A stretch of 62,993 nucleotides of DNA, filler included, from Octopus bimaculoides (GCF_001194135.2; 5 parts of 5 records of this genome joined end to end with filler, not necessarily neighbours in it); one strand, 5' to 3'; counted from the whole stretch's first letter, positions 23,982-37,639 are shown. Numbers and translations: made by a program. Notes: a model not told the origin generated them from the letters alone.

Positions 23982-24499
23982 CTGAAAAATGATAGGGGTT
24001 TGCTCCCCTGCTTGCAATATATATCTGGTGCAGATTGCATCGAATAACCAGCTAGAGGAGGCGTCCTCATGAAGTTAAAATGGTATTTACGTCGGTTCCA
24101 ACGTAACAACCAAGTTGAAATGATGATAAACATTTTTTCTCAGTATATTAATTTTTACATCTCTTATAGAAATTTTCTTACTAGTTAATTTATTTGTCAA
24201 TGGTATTAAACTATGATTCACAGATTACCGATTAATTTGAGAGGAACGTTATTCTTAACATTCTCTCGCCGCATGAAATTTCCATACGATACGAGCATCT
24301 TCTTTAATTATTTTAATTATTGCACACAAACACAGAAATACACATGTATGTGAGTGTATGTGTGTGTGGGGGGGGGGGGGTATATATGTATGAGCGTGCA
24401 TGTGTGTGAGGGTATATATATATGTATGCAGGAGGTGCTACCATGCAGTTTCTGCCGAATAAACATATTTAAAAACCAATAAAGGCATTGGTTGGCTAA

Positions 24500-24935
24500 A
24501 ATAATATAATTACTACTCCTCCTCCTCCTCCTCCTCCTACTACTACTACTACTATTACTACTACTGGTACTACTACTACTACTACTACTTCTAGTACTTC
24601 TACGTCACCTTTTTCCACGTCTTCTTCTTCTTCTTCTCCTTCTACTACTGCGTTTCCTTCTTCTACGTCCTCTTCTCCTTCCACGTCTACCTCGTCTTTT
24701 TCTTCTCCTTCTCTCATCTTATTCTCCTCCTCCTACTTCTTCCACGTCTTCGTCTTCTTTTTCTTCTCCTCGTCCTACGTCTTCTACGTCTTCGACTTCT
24801 CCTTCTACGTCTCCATCTTCTACGTCTCCATCTTCTACGTCTTCTTTATCTTCTTCTACGTCTTCGCCTTTTTTTCTTCTCTTCCTTCTATGTCTTCTAC
24901 GTCTTCTTCTTCCACGACCTCTTCCCTCTCCTCGT
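24500..24935. repeat. Pyrimidine-rich cryptic triplet/9-mer repeat (CCT, ACT, TCTTCTACG-like)
   Basis: (CCT)n and (ACT)n, followed by many variants of tcttctacg. Confidence 0.9.
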
Positions 24936-25539
24936 TCTCTTATTTTTGGTTGCAAAGCAAGCTTCTTATCCATCCAGTCAGTCAAGATCACAACCCACCG
25001 CACATTACAGCTGATGTTGAAAATTTTTCGAGCATCTATAAAGAAAATGTTTTAGCATTACAATTTACATTCTCAGTTTATCAAATATCTTGGTATTTAT
25101 TTACTTCGTATATCGTTGATATGACTATACATGACACTATTCCACAACCTACATATTAAAATTACAATCTAGTTGCTGTCATATACCTGTCACAAGCAGA
25201 CAATATTTCATCTCCCATTATATCAGTAGCTTATTTGTGAGTGAAACGTCACAAGCGAGTTATATTGTATATTTGATAAATTTATAACAGATACACGCGA
25301 AAACTAACTTCGATATATATGGGACATATTTGAAAAAATTACAACATAATCATGTATATTTGAAGACAAAGGATAAATTTCTTGAACAGTAGTTACTATT
25401 ACATCCAACAGAAAAATATTCTAGATATCTGATGCTTAAGTTAACGATGATGTCTTTATCAAATGGAAGATTTCGTGGGTTCATTTATCACACGAGTAAT
25501 TAATAATTTGAAACACAACTTCCAACGGTGAAGAAGAAA

Positions 25540-26260
25540 AGTATTATGACCTTAATGAGGATGATATTCATAATTATGATTATAACAATGACGTAGATGA
25601 CCAAAAAGAGGATGAGATGACGAAGAAGTCGACGGCGATGTTTAGGATGAAAGTGACCATGAATATGATGATGTTGATCATGACGATGTTGATGTTGATG
25701 AGGAGGAAGAAGCATGAAGAATCGGAAAAAGAAGAAGAAAAGGAGGGAGAATATAACTAGCGAGCAGGAGAAGAAATGCAGAGTAGAATGGTGGTGGTGG
25801 TGGTGCTGGTGGTGGTGGCGTTGCTGGTGGTGATAGTTGTGATCGTGANNNNNNNNNNGTGGTGGTGGTGGTGGTGGTGGTCGTCGTCGTCGTCATCGTC
25901 GTCGTCGGATGATGATGATGATGACGATGGTGATGATGGCGATGATGATCATGATAACGATGACCATGATGATATTGAGCAGGGGCAATGATTAAGATGG
26001 CGGTGACGAGAATTATAATGATGCCTCCTAGGTATCATGTATATCTATTATTCATTAGAAAAAAAATTATTATAATTTCTACTAACAATATAACAACAAC
26101 GATGACAACAACAGCAAATATAATGATGATGATGATGATGATGATGAAGATGATGTTGATGATGATGATGATATTAATATTAATAATAATAATAATGATG
26201 ATCGTGATCATGATAATCATCATCAATATGATGATTATGTTATATGATGATAAAACACAC
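25540..26260. repeat. Compound triplet microsatellites (GAT/GAC/GGT/AAT)
   Basis: Direct inspection. Source of the poly-D/M/V/I ORFs. Confidence 0.9.
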
Positions 26261-27048
26261 GTCGGACATTTCATTTGCTTTATTTTACTTATTACTATTA
26301 TAATATTTTTTTTTTTCTTAGATTCAGAGAATTTCCGGAAGACGAAAGAATGTGAAAAAAAAAAGAGAAATGCCACTCATGAAAAATATTGGTAAATAAA
26401 AGCGAGGAAAAGTTCGCAATAAACTAAAACATATTCTGTACACTCACGCACTACATGCACATATATGTACGCAAAACACGTGCTCGTGTATGTGTGTGTG
26501 TGTGTATGGGTGGGGATATTTGCAAGTGTGTGTGTGTATGTGTGTGTGTGTGTATGTGTGTGTGTGTGTCTGTGTGTGTCTGTGTGTGTGTGTGTGTGTG
26601 TGTGTTTGTACATAGGTGTGCGTACGAATGTCTAGCATTAAGATCATGTCTAGCCCTCTTGAACGTTTGTATGTGGTGAAAAAAGATATGTTTACTGAGA
26701 AGACAAGTACGCAGTATGAAAAAGTATGTATACGTAATATAATATCTAATGTTGTTTCTTTATAATGAGAGGTGTCAAATAACAAGTAAAATAAGACGCA
26801 TAGAAAAAGAATAGATGTATGGAGGAAAAGTGTATAGAATACGAAAAGACATAGTAACGACTGCCTTGCTTTCTACAAAAACAAGTCTACACAATTGGGC
26901 AGTGCGATACTCGACTCTTATTCATAAAATTCAAAGCATTTCAATATTACACTTCATGCAGGCCTGTGTTTTTGACACCAGGTGATCCGTCATCTCATCC
27001 TGCGTTTATTTATTTATTATATTCAAATTTAAGCCAGCTGTCCATCGA

Positions 27049-27268
27049 CAGTAATCCCTGAATTATCGTGGGTGTTATGTTCCAGAACACCTCACGATGA
27101 GTGACAATTCGCCAAGTAGAAATGATACTGTATATTTTTTATTATTATTTTTATAATTTGTATATATATATTTTCTATTATAAATGCAAAACAACACCAC
27201 AGAGAAATCGAAGTAAGTTTAAATAATAAACTGCGATAGATAAACCGCGATATGGCGAGGAATTACTG
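27049..27268. mobile_element. pogo/Tigger-like MITE, about 220 bp
   Basis: Left end CAGTAATCCCTGAATTATCGTGG. Right end reverse-complements to CAGTAATTCCTCGCCATATCGCGG. AT-rich non-coding interior; TA TSD eroded. Confidence 0.7.
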
Positions 27269-27413
27269 AATTGTGAAATTGTTGAAATTGTAATTTTCTT
27301 TTCAATTGAATATGTCTAGTTCCTTTTCTTTTGTTCTTTATTTCTTGCCAGATGACAGGGGAGCGAGAAACTCTTACTACATATTCGTTTTAATTATTCC
27401 CTATCAATTTGAA

Positions 27414-27458
<45 letters not shown>

Positions 27459-27558
27459 NNNNNNNNNNNNNNNNNNNNNNNNNNNNNNNNNNNNNNNNNN
27501 NNTTAATTAATTAANNNNNNNNNNNNNNNNNNNNNNNNNNNNNNNNNNNNNNNNNNNN
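27459..27558. other. Artificial scaffold join (N44-TTAATTAATTAA-N44)
   Basis: Exactly 100 bp. The 12-mer has stops in all six frames. Identical cassettes at 53335, 56169 and 60735. Confidence 0.95.
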
Positions 27559-27609
<51 letters not shown>

Positions 27610-27697
27610 ATCTGTCAGCGTGCTTAGCTCTCTCTCTCTCTTTAACCATCTGTCTGTCTTTCTCTCTCTCTCTCTATGTCTATCTGTTTGTCTATCC

Positions 27698-27755
<58 letters not shown>

Positions 27756-27840
27756 GTCTGTCTGTCTTTTTTTGTCTGTCTCTCTCTGCCTATTTGCCTG
27801 GCTCTGTCTCTCTGTCAGTTTTCCTAACTCTCTTTCTCTT

Positions 27841-27921
<81 letters not shown>

Positions 27922-28371
27922 GACTATGTTTGACTATGTTTGACTGTTTCTGTCTGTCTGTCTCTCTCTCTCTCTGTTTCTGTCTTTCTCTTTTTATCTC
28001 TGGCTATCCTATCCCTGACTATCTTTCTCTAGCTGCCCTTTTGGTCATCCATGTTATATACAGTGTACGGAAGTAAGTAACGATCTAAGACATTCCAAAT
28101 GATAAACAATTTAATTCCCAAGTGGTCGTGTGGGAGTTAATGATTAGCAACAACAGCAACAACAACAATAACAACAACAACAGCAGCAGCATTAGTAGCA
28201 TCAGCAACTGTAATTGGAATTTTATCTCTGGTTACGTATTTGTGTACTTCGCCTTCTTACGTAGTGAAAGCATTTTGGCCCACCTGCTGTCAGTCTTTCT
28301 CTTCCATACTCCACCACCATCATCATCACCATCACTACACACTTTATCTGTCCATCTCATTCTCTCTCTGT

Positions 28372-28411
<40 letters not shown>

Positions 28412-29635
28412 TACACTCACACAAACTCAGATACACCAACGCACTTACTCATATGCCTAATTATGAAATTGTCTTTTCCGTGTGAAATGTGTAAGTGTTT
28501 GCTTATGTGTGTATATGCGTATGTCTGTGTATAAGTTGTGCGTGTATGTGCATGCACATATATATATATCTATAGAATTCGGTTAGAGGTTATGTTGAAG
28601 GGATGGTGTTATTCAAGGAAATACTGGTTCAATACCTAATATTTTTTTTGGGGGGGGGGGAATTGATTTCCTTAAAATAATAGGTTCTTATATAAACTGC
28701 ATTTTATATTCATGCAAAGGAAAAAAAAAGAAGATTTTGAAGTTAATAAGAGTTTATTATCAGCAACAGCCGATCGTTATCCCTTACAGCTGTTTCAATT
28801 ATACACAGTGAAGTTAATTAAATATTGAATTCATATTTCTGAGCATAATCTCTTCAGAGGGAAAGAATATACCCCTAGATGTTATGTATGTTTGTTTGTA
28901 AATTCATCGCAGCAGACTCATATACATATATATATATATACATANNNNNNNNNNNNNNNNNNNNNNNNNNNNNNNNNNNNNNNNNNNNNNNNNNNNNNNN
29001 NNNNNNNNNNNNNNNNNNNNNNNNNNNNNNNNNNNNNNNNNNNNNNNNNNNNNNNNNNNNTATATATATATATATATATTTGTGTTCGCACATGTTACGC
29101 ATGAGTTTGCATGCATACATCTAAGGACATGTTACACACTCGCACACACTAACTCACACACATTCTCTCTCTCTTTCTCTCTCACATACACACACACTCT
29201 CTTTCTCACACACATATTCTCTCACACACTCTCTCTCACTCTCATTCTCTCTCTCATTCTCTCTCTCATTCACACAATTTCTTACACACACGCTCTCTCA
29301 CACACATACCCTCTAATACACTCTCTCACACACACATTCTCGTGCACACACGTTCTCTCACACACTCTCTCTCACACACACTCTCTCTCTCTCTCACACA
29401 CACACTCTCACTCTCTCACATACACATACACACTCTCTCTCACACTCACACTCTCTCTCCCTCTCTCACATACACACATAAAGACACACACGCACACACA
29501 GTCGGTGTTAGATGCTGACGTCAAAGTATGTTTGGAATGTCAACAGTTGTGATGTCAACAATAGAGACTTTAATGGTAGATTTGTGTCTCACTGGGAATG
29601 GTAGAACATAAGTAATAATGAGAAGACAACAGAGA

Positions 29636-29688
<53 letters not shown>

Positions 29689-29690
<2 letters not shown>

Positions 29691-29712
29691 GTTAGGGTTA
29701 GGGTTAGGGTTA
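29689..29712 (+). repeat. Interstitial telomeric repeat (GGGTTA)4
   Basis: Four perfect GGGTTA units directly after a (GA)n tract. Confidence 0.9.
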
Positions 29713-30464
29713 TTAGGAGCAGATAACGCGTTAATATGAGTACGAGGGGTGGATGAATGAGAGAATGTGTGTGTACATGTTTATGCGTTTGCTAATGTTT
29801 CTGCATACAAGACAAAGATAGATCGAAGAATGGAATGATAGGTTCATACATAGATACATGCATAACCTAAATATCTCCCGTGTCATCTCCCCACCACCGC
29901 CACTCTCTGTACATACGCGCGCGCGCGTGTTTAATGTTATTATTTATGATCAGAATTGGTTTCGCTTTGCTTTCGGTGGTTTTGGAATTTTACCAGATGA
30001 AACTTCATTTGAATTTCTTTCTTTACCTTTTCATTCCGTTTCCTTTTCTTTTCTATTTATTATTAATTTGTTTTTGGCTGACCTTCTACATGAACAAGTA
30101 ATAAGTTATTCTCGTATGCTTCGCTGCTCTGTTTGGNNNNNNNNNNNNNNNNNNNNNNNNNNNNNNNNNNNNNNNNNNNNNNNNNNNNNNNNNNNNNNNN
30201 NNNNNNNNNNNNNNNNNNNNNNNNNNNNNNNNNNNNNNNNNAAAAAAAAAAAAACGCGATTGGTAAACAAACAAAACAAAAAGCAAACAATCAAATAAAT
30301 AAATAAATAAATAAAATTTCTGATAAATACACAGGTTTCACAGCAAGAAAACTATTTAATTTTTTCTGAGAAAGAATAACATTAATTTGAACAATTTAAA
30401 GAACACGATTAACGATAACAACGCGTTTTACAAAATGGAGTGCAAAAAAATGCATTCCATCAGT

Positions 30465-30660
30465 TACGACGATGAGGGTTCTAGTTGATCCGTTTGATCT
30501 GTTCTCATAACGTAGCTCTCGAGAAGGTTCAGCGTGACACAGAATGTAAGAATGTAACAAGGCTTGTCTTTTGAATTCCAGGTACTACTCATTTTTGCCA
30601 GCTGAGTGGACTGGAGCAACGTGAAACAAAATGTCTTGTTCAACGACAAGACAACTAAGC
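30465..30660 (-). mobile_element. SINE family D (Meta-domain-like body, 3' tail shared with family B), internally deleted
   Basis: Reverse complement reads gttgaacaagacattttgtttcacgttgctccagtccactcagctggcaaaaatgagtagtacc...gtcacgctgaa...gaaccctcatcgtcgtaac. Confidence 0.75.
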
Positions 30661-31331
30661 GACTTAAGTGGAATTTGAACTTGCAATGTTTTTAATCGAA
30701 ATACAGGTACTTTCTCCAACAAACTGTTACAATTTCCCTAATCTTCAATACTTCTGAATATTATTATTAGTTGTTTTTTGTTTATCCTCGTTGACAAAAG
30801 AAAGTACAATGCCTACGGCATGACACGATCTCGTGACATAGAGATGAGTTCCTGGGTGTCCCCTTGACTTCTGCACTTCAAATGGATTTTTTGATAACAC
30901 TAAAGCCTTAAGCAAGAAAATAATTTTTTTATTGTATTTTTTTAGTGTGTGTGTGTGTGTGTGTGTGTGTCTTTAAAAAGCGGAATAACATATATAGAGA
31001 ACTTCATGCCACTTGCTGGTGGATACGTTTATAGGAATTAGATACAGTTGAATTATTTAGAGAGACAGTTATATTATTTTCTAGGTTACAAGACGGTTCG
31101 TAAATAAAATTGGTCAGGCCATGAGGGGGGGGGGGCAATGTTTTATGCTATTTGTTCTAGCTCCGTACATTCGAAGTTCAAATCCTGCCGAAGTCAATTT
31201 TGCCTTTCATTATTTTGGGGTCAATAAAATGTTAGTAAATTACATGCCCTTATCTTCTAATCTTCGAAGCAACCATCAACCTTTGCCTCGTAAAAATATG
31301 GATGCCTGTTTATATTCACTGGTGTTAAATC

Positions 31332-31735
31332 GTGTGGCTTAGTGGATAGGGTGTTCGCTTCACGAATGTAAGGTCGCGAGATCGATCCTGGGTATATCTT
31401 CAGGCTGAACAGAGCCTTGTGAGTGAATTTGGTAGACGGAAACTGAAAGAAGTCCGTAGTATATGCGCGTGTGTATGTGTGTGTGTGTGTTTGTGTGTGT
31501 GTCTGTGTGTGTCGTTGTGTTTGTTCCTCGCCACCGCTTGACAGCCGGTGTTGGTCTTCATTTATGCAACCCCACATCGTAACCCAGCGGTTTGTCCAAA
31601 ACGGACCGATAGAGTAAGTACCAAACTAATGGAGTCGATTCATTCGACTATAAATAAAAAGAAACAAACAAAATTTCAAGATGTTGCTCCAATATGGCCA
31701 CAGTCCATTGACCGAAATGAATAAGAGATAAAAAA
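31332..31735 (+). mobile_element. SINE family A, old near-full copy (preceded by a family C fragment at 31140-31240)
   Basis: A-box-like gtggcttagtgg, ccttgtgagtgaatttggtagacggaaactgaaagaag, internal (TG)n, tail ctccaatatggccacagtc. Confidence 0.8.
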
Positions 31736-32028
31736 TATGTGTGCGTGTATGAGTGTATGTCTGTGCGTGTGTGTATGCGTATACACATATAGTATACGTA
31801 TGTGTATATATGTACTGTATATATATACATATATATACATTTATAGTGTCCCATAATTACTTGTTACGTGTGCTTACCTATGTGACTGTGTATGTATGCG
31901 TGTGTGTATGTATGCGTGCGTGTGTGCGTGTAACAATTGATATATGTAATAGTAAACATACGACTGTCATAAACTTGCAGAATATCTCTGTATTTATTTT
32001 TAGCATTTTGTTGCATTTTTATTTTATT

Positions 32029-32096
<68 letters not shown>

Positions 32097-32280
32097 GTTA
32101 TTTAATGTCAAATGTTAAATGTCGAAGGTCAAATGTAAAAAAAAGACTGAATCTCCGATGTTATTGACAAACTAAATTCTTTCTGCTCGTAAATATGATA
32201 TTCGTCTTACGCAATTCTATTTATGACATTTACGACATTCTTCAATTAGAAGGAGCAGCAGTATAAAAGCGTATGCAAAG

Positions 32281-32327
<47 letters not shown>

Positions 32328-32689
32328 TTGCAAGCTTGAATGTACGTGTGCTTAAAAAAACGTATACAACGCTGTTGTAGAATTCCATAGTAGTACTACC
32401 GCATTTGTTTCATAAATACAACTTCATAGAAATAAATACTTATAGGTAACATGCTAGCGTAACAAAGCAATCTTATATTTTTATATACTACTAAATAGCC
32501 AGTAAACGTGTGTGTATGATATGTGTGTGTGTAGCGGGGTGTATATATTTGATCTCTCACAGCTCAAGCTGAAACTAGTGTGCTCGCGTGCGTGTGTGTA
32601 TGTGTACCTGTGTACATGTGTATACATACATGTATATGCATATATATATATATACATACATACATGCATATATATACATACATACACAC

Positions 32690-32720
<31 letters not shown>

Positions 32721-32794
32721 CACACACATACATATATATGTACACATAAACATACATATATATATATATATAAATGCATACAAATACATACACA

Positions 32795-32840
<46 letters not shown>

Positions 32841-33794
32841 TTATGTTAAAATTATTGTGTCTGAGAAGACAACGAACCAATACAAATAACTCTATGCTGT
32901 GAGTAGAGTTTATAGTTTTTCTCCGTATGAATCAGCAAGTTGTAATGAGGAGAGTTCGAAACAAAAATGCGTTTATAACATTATTTAAGGTTTGAGAGGA
33001 AAGCGAGTGAGCGAAGTATGCTGCATATGAAATGAGTAGGAGGGAAATTCGTGAAAGGAGAAAAGGTGAGGAAAGGAAAGAGGCTATCAACAATGCATCA
33101 AATAGGTCGATCATAACTTGAGAATTTAAGGTACTAAGTGCTGCGACTAGATTAAATAACAGAAAACTTCTGGATTGAAAGATATCAGATAGCTTATGGT
33201 CTTTGTGTGATTAGAATGTCTTAGAGAGTTATCTTATTGTTCAAGTAGAAATCGTTGGGAAAGGAAATAACTCAAAGGTCGGATAAATGGTTTGAAATAT
33301 TTTAGCAATTCAAAGCGTTTATGCAAACAAGTAGACACTAGTTCTGAATGGTGGTTATACAACAGTAAGTTTGTACTTCCTAGTCATCTGAAAATGATTT
33401 TCAAAGTAGACTGTTTGTTGGAATGGAAATAGTTTGGCGAAACATTCTAACCCATTTAAATTCTAAATTTCGAGTTATTTACATCTAAGATTCTGGATGA
33501 TGTCGTTGTTTCTAAATTGGTCGCAAAAAGTGTCTAGGTGTTGGCGGGAAAAGTGAAAGAAATACTGTGTACAGTCTACAAACTGTACTAATTTTAACAC
33601 TGGTGCAATAAACTGTCCTTTAGAAGTACGTTTACAGTGAAGTGAAGTGAAGTACAATTTGTACTTGGTGCATGTAAATGCAAAATGTTGAAAGTTTTAT
33701 AATGAACGTAATGATTTCTGGTTAAATAGTTTTACAAATAGACTAAGATTTCGTCTGCAGAACTGGAAACTGCTTAGAAACAGATGAAGAATTT

Positions 33795-34110
33795 TCTATT
33801 TCTCCGTTTCTTTTAGAGAAACGTTATCATCTGTTGGTATTGATAGATCGGTTAGAAAGCATTTTTTTCTTGTTGATATCTGACAACGATATCCGGTCTA
33901 TTAGCCTTGATTTCTCTATCTGTGTATACTGACATATTCCAAAGTATGGTTACTTTCTCATTTTCTCTGACCTTTCCTGGCGTGTGCCTATACAATCTTT
34001 TTCCTGGTGTTATCCCAAAGTGTTGGCATAGCTTCCAGTGTATGTAGGTCCTAACTCTGTGCTGTCTGTGACTATTTTCCTTCTTAGCCAGGACTGGGCA
34101 TCCAGAGACA
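33795..34110 (-). mobile_element. R4/Dong-type LINE C-terminal fossil (REL endonuclease), second lineage
   Basis: SGCPVLAKKENSHRQHRVRTYIHWKLCQHFGITPGKRLYRHTPGKVRENEKVTILWNMSVYTDREIKANRPDIVV, frameshift, CFLTDLSIPTDDNVSLKETEK. This is the PD..D REL motif. Confidence 0.9.
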
Positions 34111-34258
34111 ATGATTTATTGTTTCTTCTCCATCACTAATATTCTGCAGTTACTTGTTGTTTTTTTGTTTTTGTTTTTGTTGTTTTTTTCCATTATGTTT
34201 TTGGTGATTTCTGTTGGGAAGCCTTTGATCTTGTGCTGCAATTAAAAATCCTTCAGTC

Positions 34259-34343
34259 TCTGTTTTGAGTCCTGAAACCTTTTCAATATCTGTTTTGAGT
34301 CCTGAAACCTTTTCATTCTCTGTTTTGAGTCCTGAAACCTTTT
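34259..34343. repeat. 30-bp period tandem repeat, 3 copies
   Basis: Identical 25-mer TCTGTTTTGAGTCCTGAAACCTTTT at 34259, 34289 and 34319, with 5-nt linkers caata and cattc. Confidence 0.95.
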
Positions 34344-35257
34344 AATTTTTTTTTATCAAACATCCAAACGAGCGACGTTCCAACCTGCGAAAGTTCTTTT
34401 ATGAGACTAGGAAAAATAAGAAAAAAACAATCCCCAATGTTTCAAAGAATGAAAACCGCATTAGTACCCTACAGTGATGAGAAATTTTCTGATAGGGACC
34501 ATAACAAGACCCTACTTCTGTCGTGATTCCCTTTTCTTCTATCCTTCTCCTTGCAAATATATGTAATACGTAGACATTTAAGCTAATATTGTCCTTTTGA
34601 ATAATCAAAAGCTGATTTAAGTACATTGGGCGGTCTATATTTTCATTTCCTGTCTATTCAATAAGTCATCCTTTATCGATTTCTAGAGCATGCTTCACCG
34701 CATCACCGCCTCCTCCTATCACTGCACGTCCACATACCACCCATACACACCACCCGTATCACCGGGGTAGCGGTTCGTTTTTACAGCTTTTCATTTCGTT
34801 TCTCTACTGTATTTATTGTGTGTCCATACGGAAATGTCCACATTCATTCTCTGACGTACACTAACATTCTCTCTCTCCATACATACATACATACATACAT
34901 ACATACATACATACATACATACATACATACATACAAACGTACGTACGTACATGCATACATATGGGAATTACAAATATATATGTATATATACACTTGTAAT
35001 GTCTGTATGTATATTAGTGGATATGGATAATATACACTATGCATGCGTGTACATAAGTATACATATATGATTTATATCCATCTCTGTGCACGTATTTGTG
35101 TGTGTACATGTGCGTGTGTGTTTGTGTGTGTGTGTGTATGTTTATAAATATATTCATACACACGTGCGTACACATATCTATACACACGTACGTATGTGTA
35201 TACATACACAAGGAAGATTGTATACAGAATAAGACACAAGGAAAGTAAGATGTGTGA

Positions 35258-35343
<86 letters not shown>

Positions 35344-35748
35344 TAAACCAAAAGAGAAACAGACTATTAAACACGCACACACACAATCTGTGTGCGTGTG
35401 TGTGTGTGTGAGTGTGTGTGTGGGTGAGTGTGTGTGTGTGTGAGTGTGTGTGTGTGTGTGTGTGTATTTTATGGTTCTGGGTAGACAAGAGTACGTGTAG
35501 GCAACAATACAATTATACAAAAGGCTAGACGATGCTCTGTACTTTCGTTCATGAATATGTGTGCGTATGTGTTGCATAAACACATACCTGTACAGAAATA
35601 AGAAATGTATATTGCATGTATGTATATATGTACGTATGTATGCAAGCTTGCATGTATATGTGTATTCATACGTGTCTATATATGTGTATGTACGTGTGTG
35701 CGCGTACATAATGCATACATACTTTATATATATATATATGTATGTATG

Positions 35749-35779
<31 letters not shown>

Positions 35780-36321
35780 NNNNNNNNNNNNNNNNNNNNN
35801 NNNNNNNNNNNNNNNNNNNNNNNNNNNNNNNNNNNNNNNNNNNNNNNNNNNNNNNNNNNNNNNNNNNNNNNNNNNNNNNNNNNNNNNNNNNNNNNNNNNN
35901 NNNNNNNNNNNNNNNNNNNNNNNNNNNNNNNNNNNNNNNNNNNNNNNNNNNNNNNNNNNNNNNNNNNNNNNNNNNNNNNNNNNNNNNNNNNNNNNNNNNN
36001 NNNNNNNNNNNNNNNNNNNNNNNNNNNNNNNNNNNNNNNNNNNNNNNNNNNNNNNNNNNNNNNNNNNNNNNNNNNNNNNNNNNNNNNNNNNNNNNNNNNN
36101 NNNNATATATATATATATATATATATATACATACTGACGGAAGAGCGTCTCTGTTGTATGTATTGAAAACTCCTTTAACATTAATATAAGCCAGCTACAA
36201 TGGGTTTTATTTCCTGCATCACAACCAATCCCTCTGAAGTCACACCATCGCACTCTTTTAGATTATCTCTAAGCTAATAAATTCAGTCATTTACAACGAT
36301 GTTCTTTGACACCCGGAATAG

Positions 36322-36398
<77 letters not shown>

Positions 36399-36437
36399 CC
36401 ACCACCTTTTTCTCTGTCTCGCACTTCTCCGAATAAA

Positions 36438-37380
36438 GACCACCAATATGGTTTCCGTAATGACAGAACCTACACTTCTTTGTCAGATACCTGTGGGTTC
36501 TCATCCTGAATAAATTTGGAAGCAATGTCGTTGCTTTCATATCAGCAAAGCCTTCGGCCATGTCTAGTGCGCTAACTTTTCTCTGGACATTGTCCACCTT
36601 TGATCTCCAGCCGCCTCTCATTTCTTGGATCAGTAACTTCATCTTGTATCTCCACTAGCGCGGCGTGTGTCGAACTTTCTCTTCCAGTTCTTTACTCTGT
36701 TAAACCCAACGTTCCATTTGCTTCTAGGTTTCGGGCATCTGGTATGGCCCTCACTACTCTAATTCTTTCACCCACGAATACCCGACTTGCTGCAATGTTC
36801 AGCAATGCTCACATTTATGCCCTTGACAGGACGCTGTATTCCTTCCTAACGTTCTCCAACAATAACTTATCAATACCCTAAACACTCACTCACTCCATGG
36901 ACACCTTGAAAGGTTGAGGCAACGCCAAGTTTGTCTTTTATAACAGCAAGAAGATAAGGCTACTACATCATATAAAACATCACCACAAAATACCTAAATA
37001 TGAGCTGAACCCATCTAGATTTTTTAAAAGAGTTTTCGAAATGTTGGGTCTCGTCATCACTAAAACCTTGTCTTTAACATATGTTCACGTTCTAACGACC
37101 GACCCTTCTCATCAGAGCTACAATATACTTCACCCTTTCCTCAACAATTATTGATACTCTACAAAGCTCAGGTGCGATCCTCAATAGAGTAAGCTACCAT
37201 TTGCTGATATTTTTGACTCTATTCAGAAAAGGGCCATTCAACGGATTGGTTTGATATCACGCATAGACACGCTCCAGTCCCTGCCTCATTGACACACTAT
37301 CTTCTCTCTAAATTTGTTCCACCAGTTCTGTAATAGCCTCTGCTCCTCATAATTTTGCTGGGCTCATGCTATTTTCACTC
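36438..37380 (+). mobile_element. CR1/Jockey-group LINE reverse transcriptase fossil
   Basis: DHQYGFR, (D)ISKAF.HV, LISWISNF, NVP(Q), HIYA(DD)TLY, LYKAQVRSS.E, DSIQKRAI, TLQSL. Multiple stops and frameshifts. Confidence 0.88.
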
Positions 37381-37639
37381 TTCTTTTTCTCATCCCCATT
37401 TTGACGTTTGTCGAAGGCCAAAATAACCAAGTCTTAAAGACAGTAAGGTGCAACTGGAGGAAGATTTGGCTGTTATATTTAGCAGATAGGATGGTCATAT
37501 AGGAGATCGTTTGTTATCTCTTTGTTATCATTGCTCTTGTTGCATTTTTGTTTATTTGTTATCGCTATTGTTCACGTCCTTCATTTTGTAGCTTTCATTG
37601 TTCTTATCATTCTTTTGTATTTATTAATTTATTTTTTAC

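Noticed and set aside
24496-25003. Acidic/basic low-complexity ORFs
   Set aside because: They derive from a simple-repeat tract, with no splice signals or start context.
29741-29751. TACGAGGGGTG resembling a mariner TIR start
   Set aside because: Too short, with no partner end or internal homology.
34259-34343. CRISPR-like repeat/spacer look
   Set aside because: Eukaryotic context, 5-nt linkers, only three units and no cas genes.
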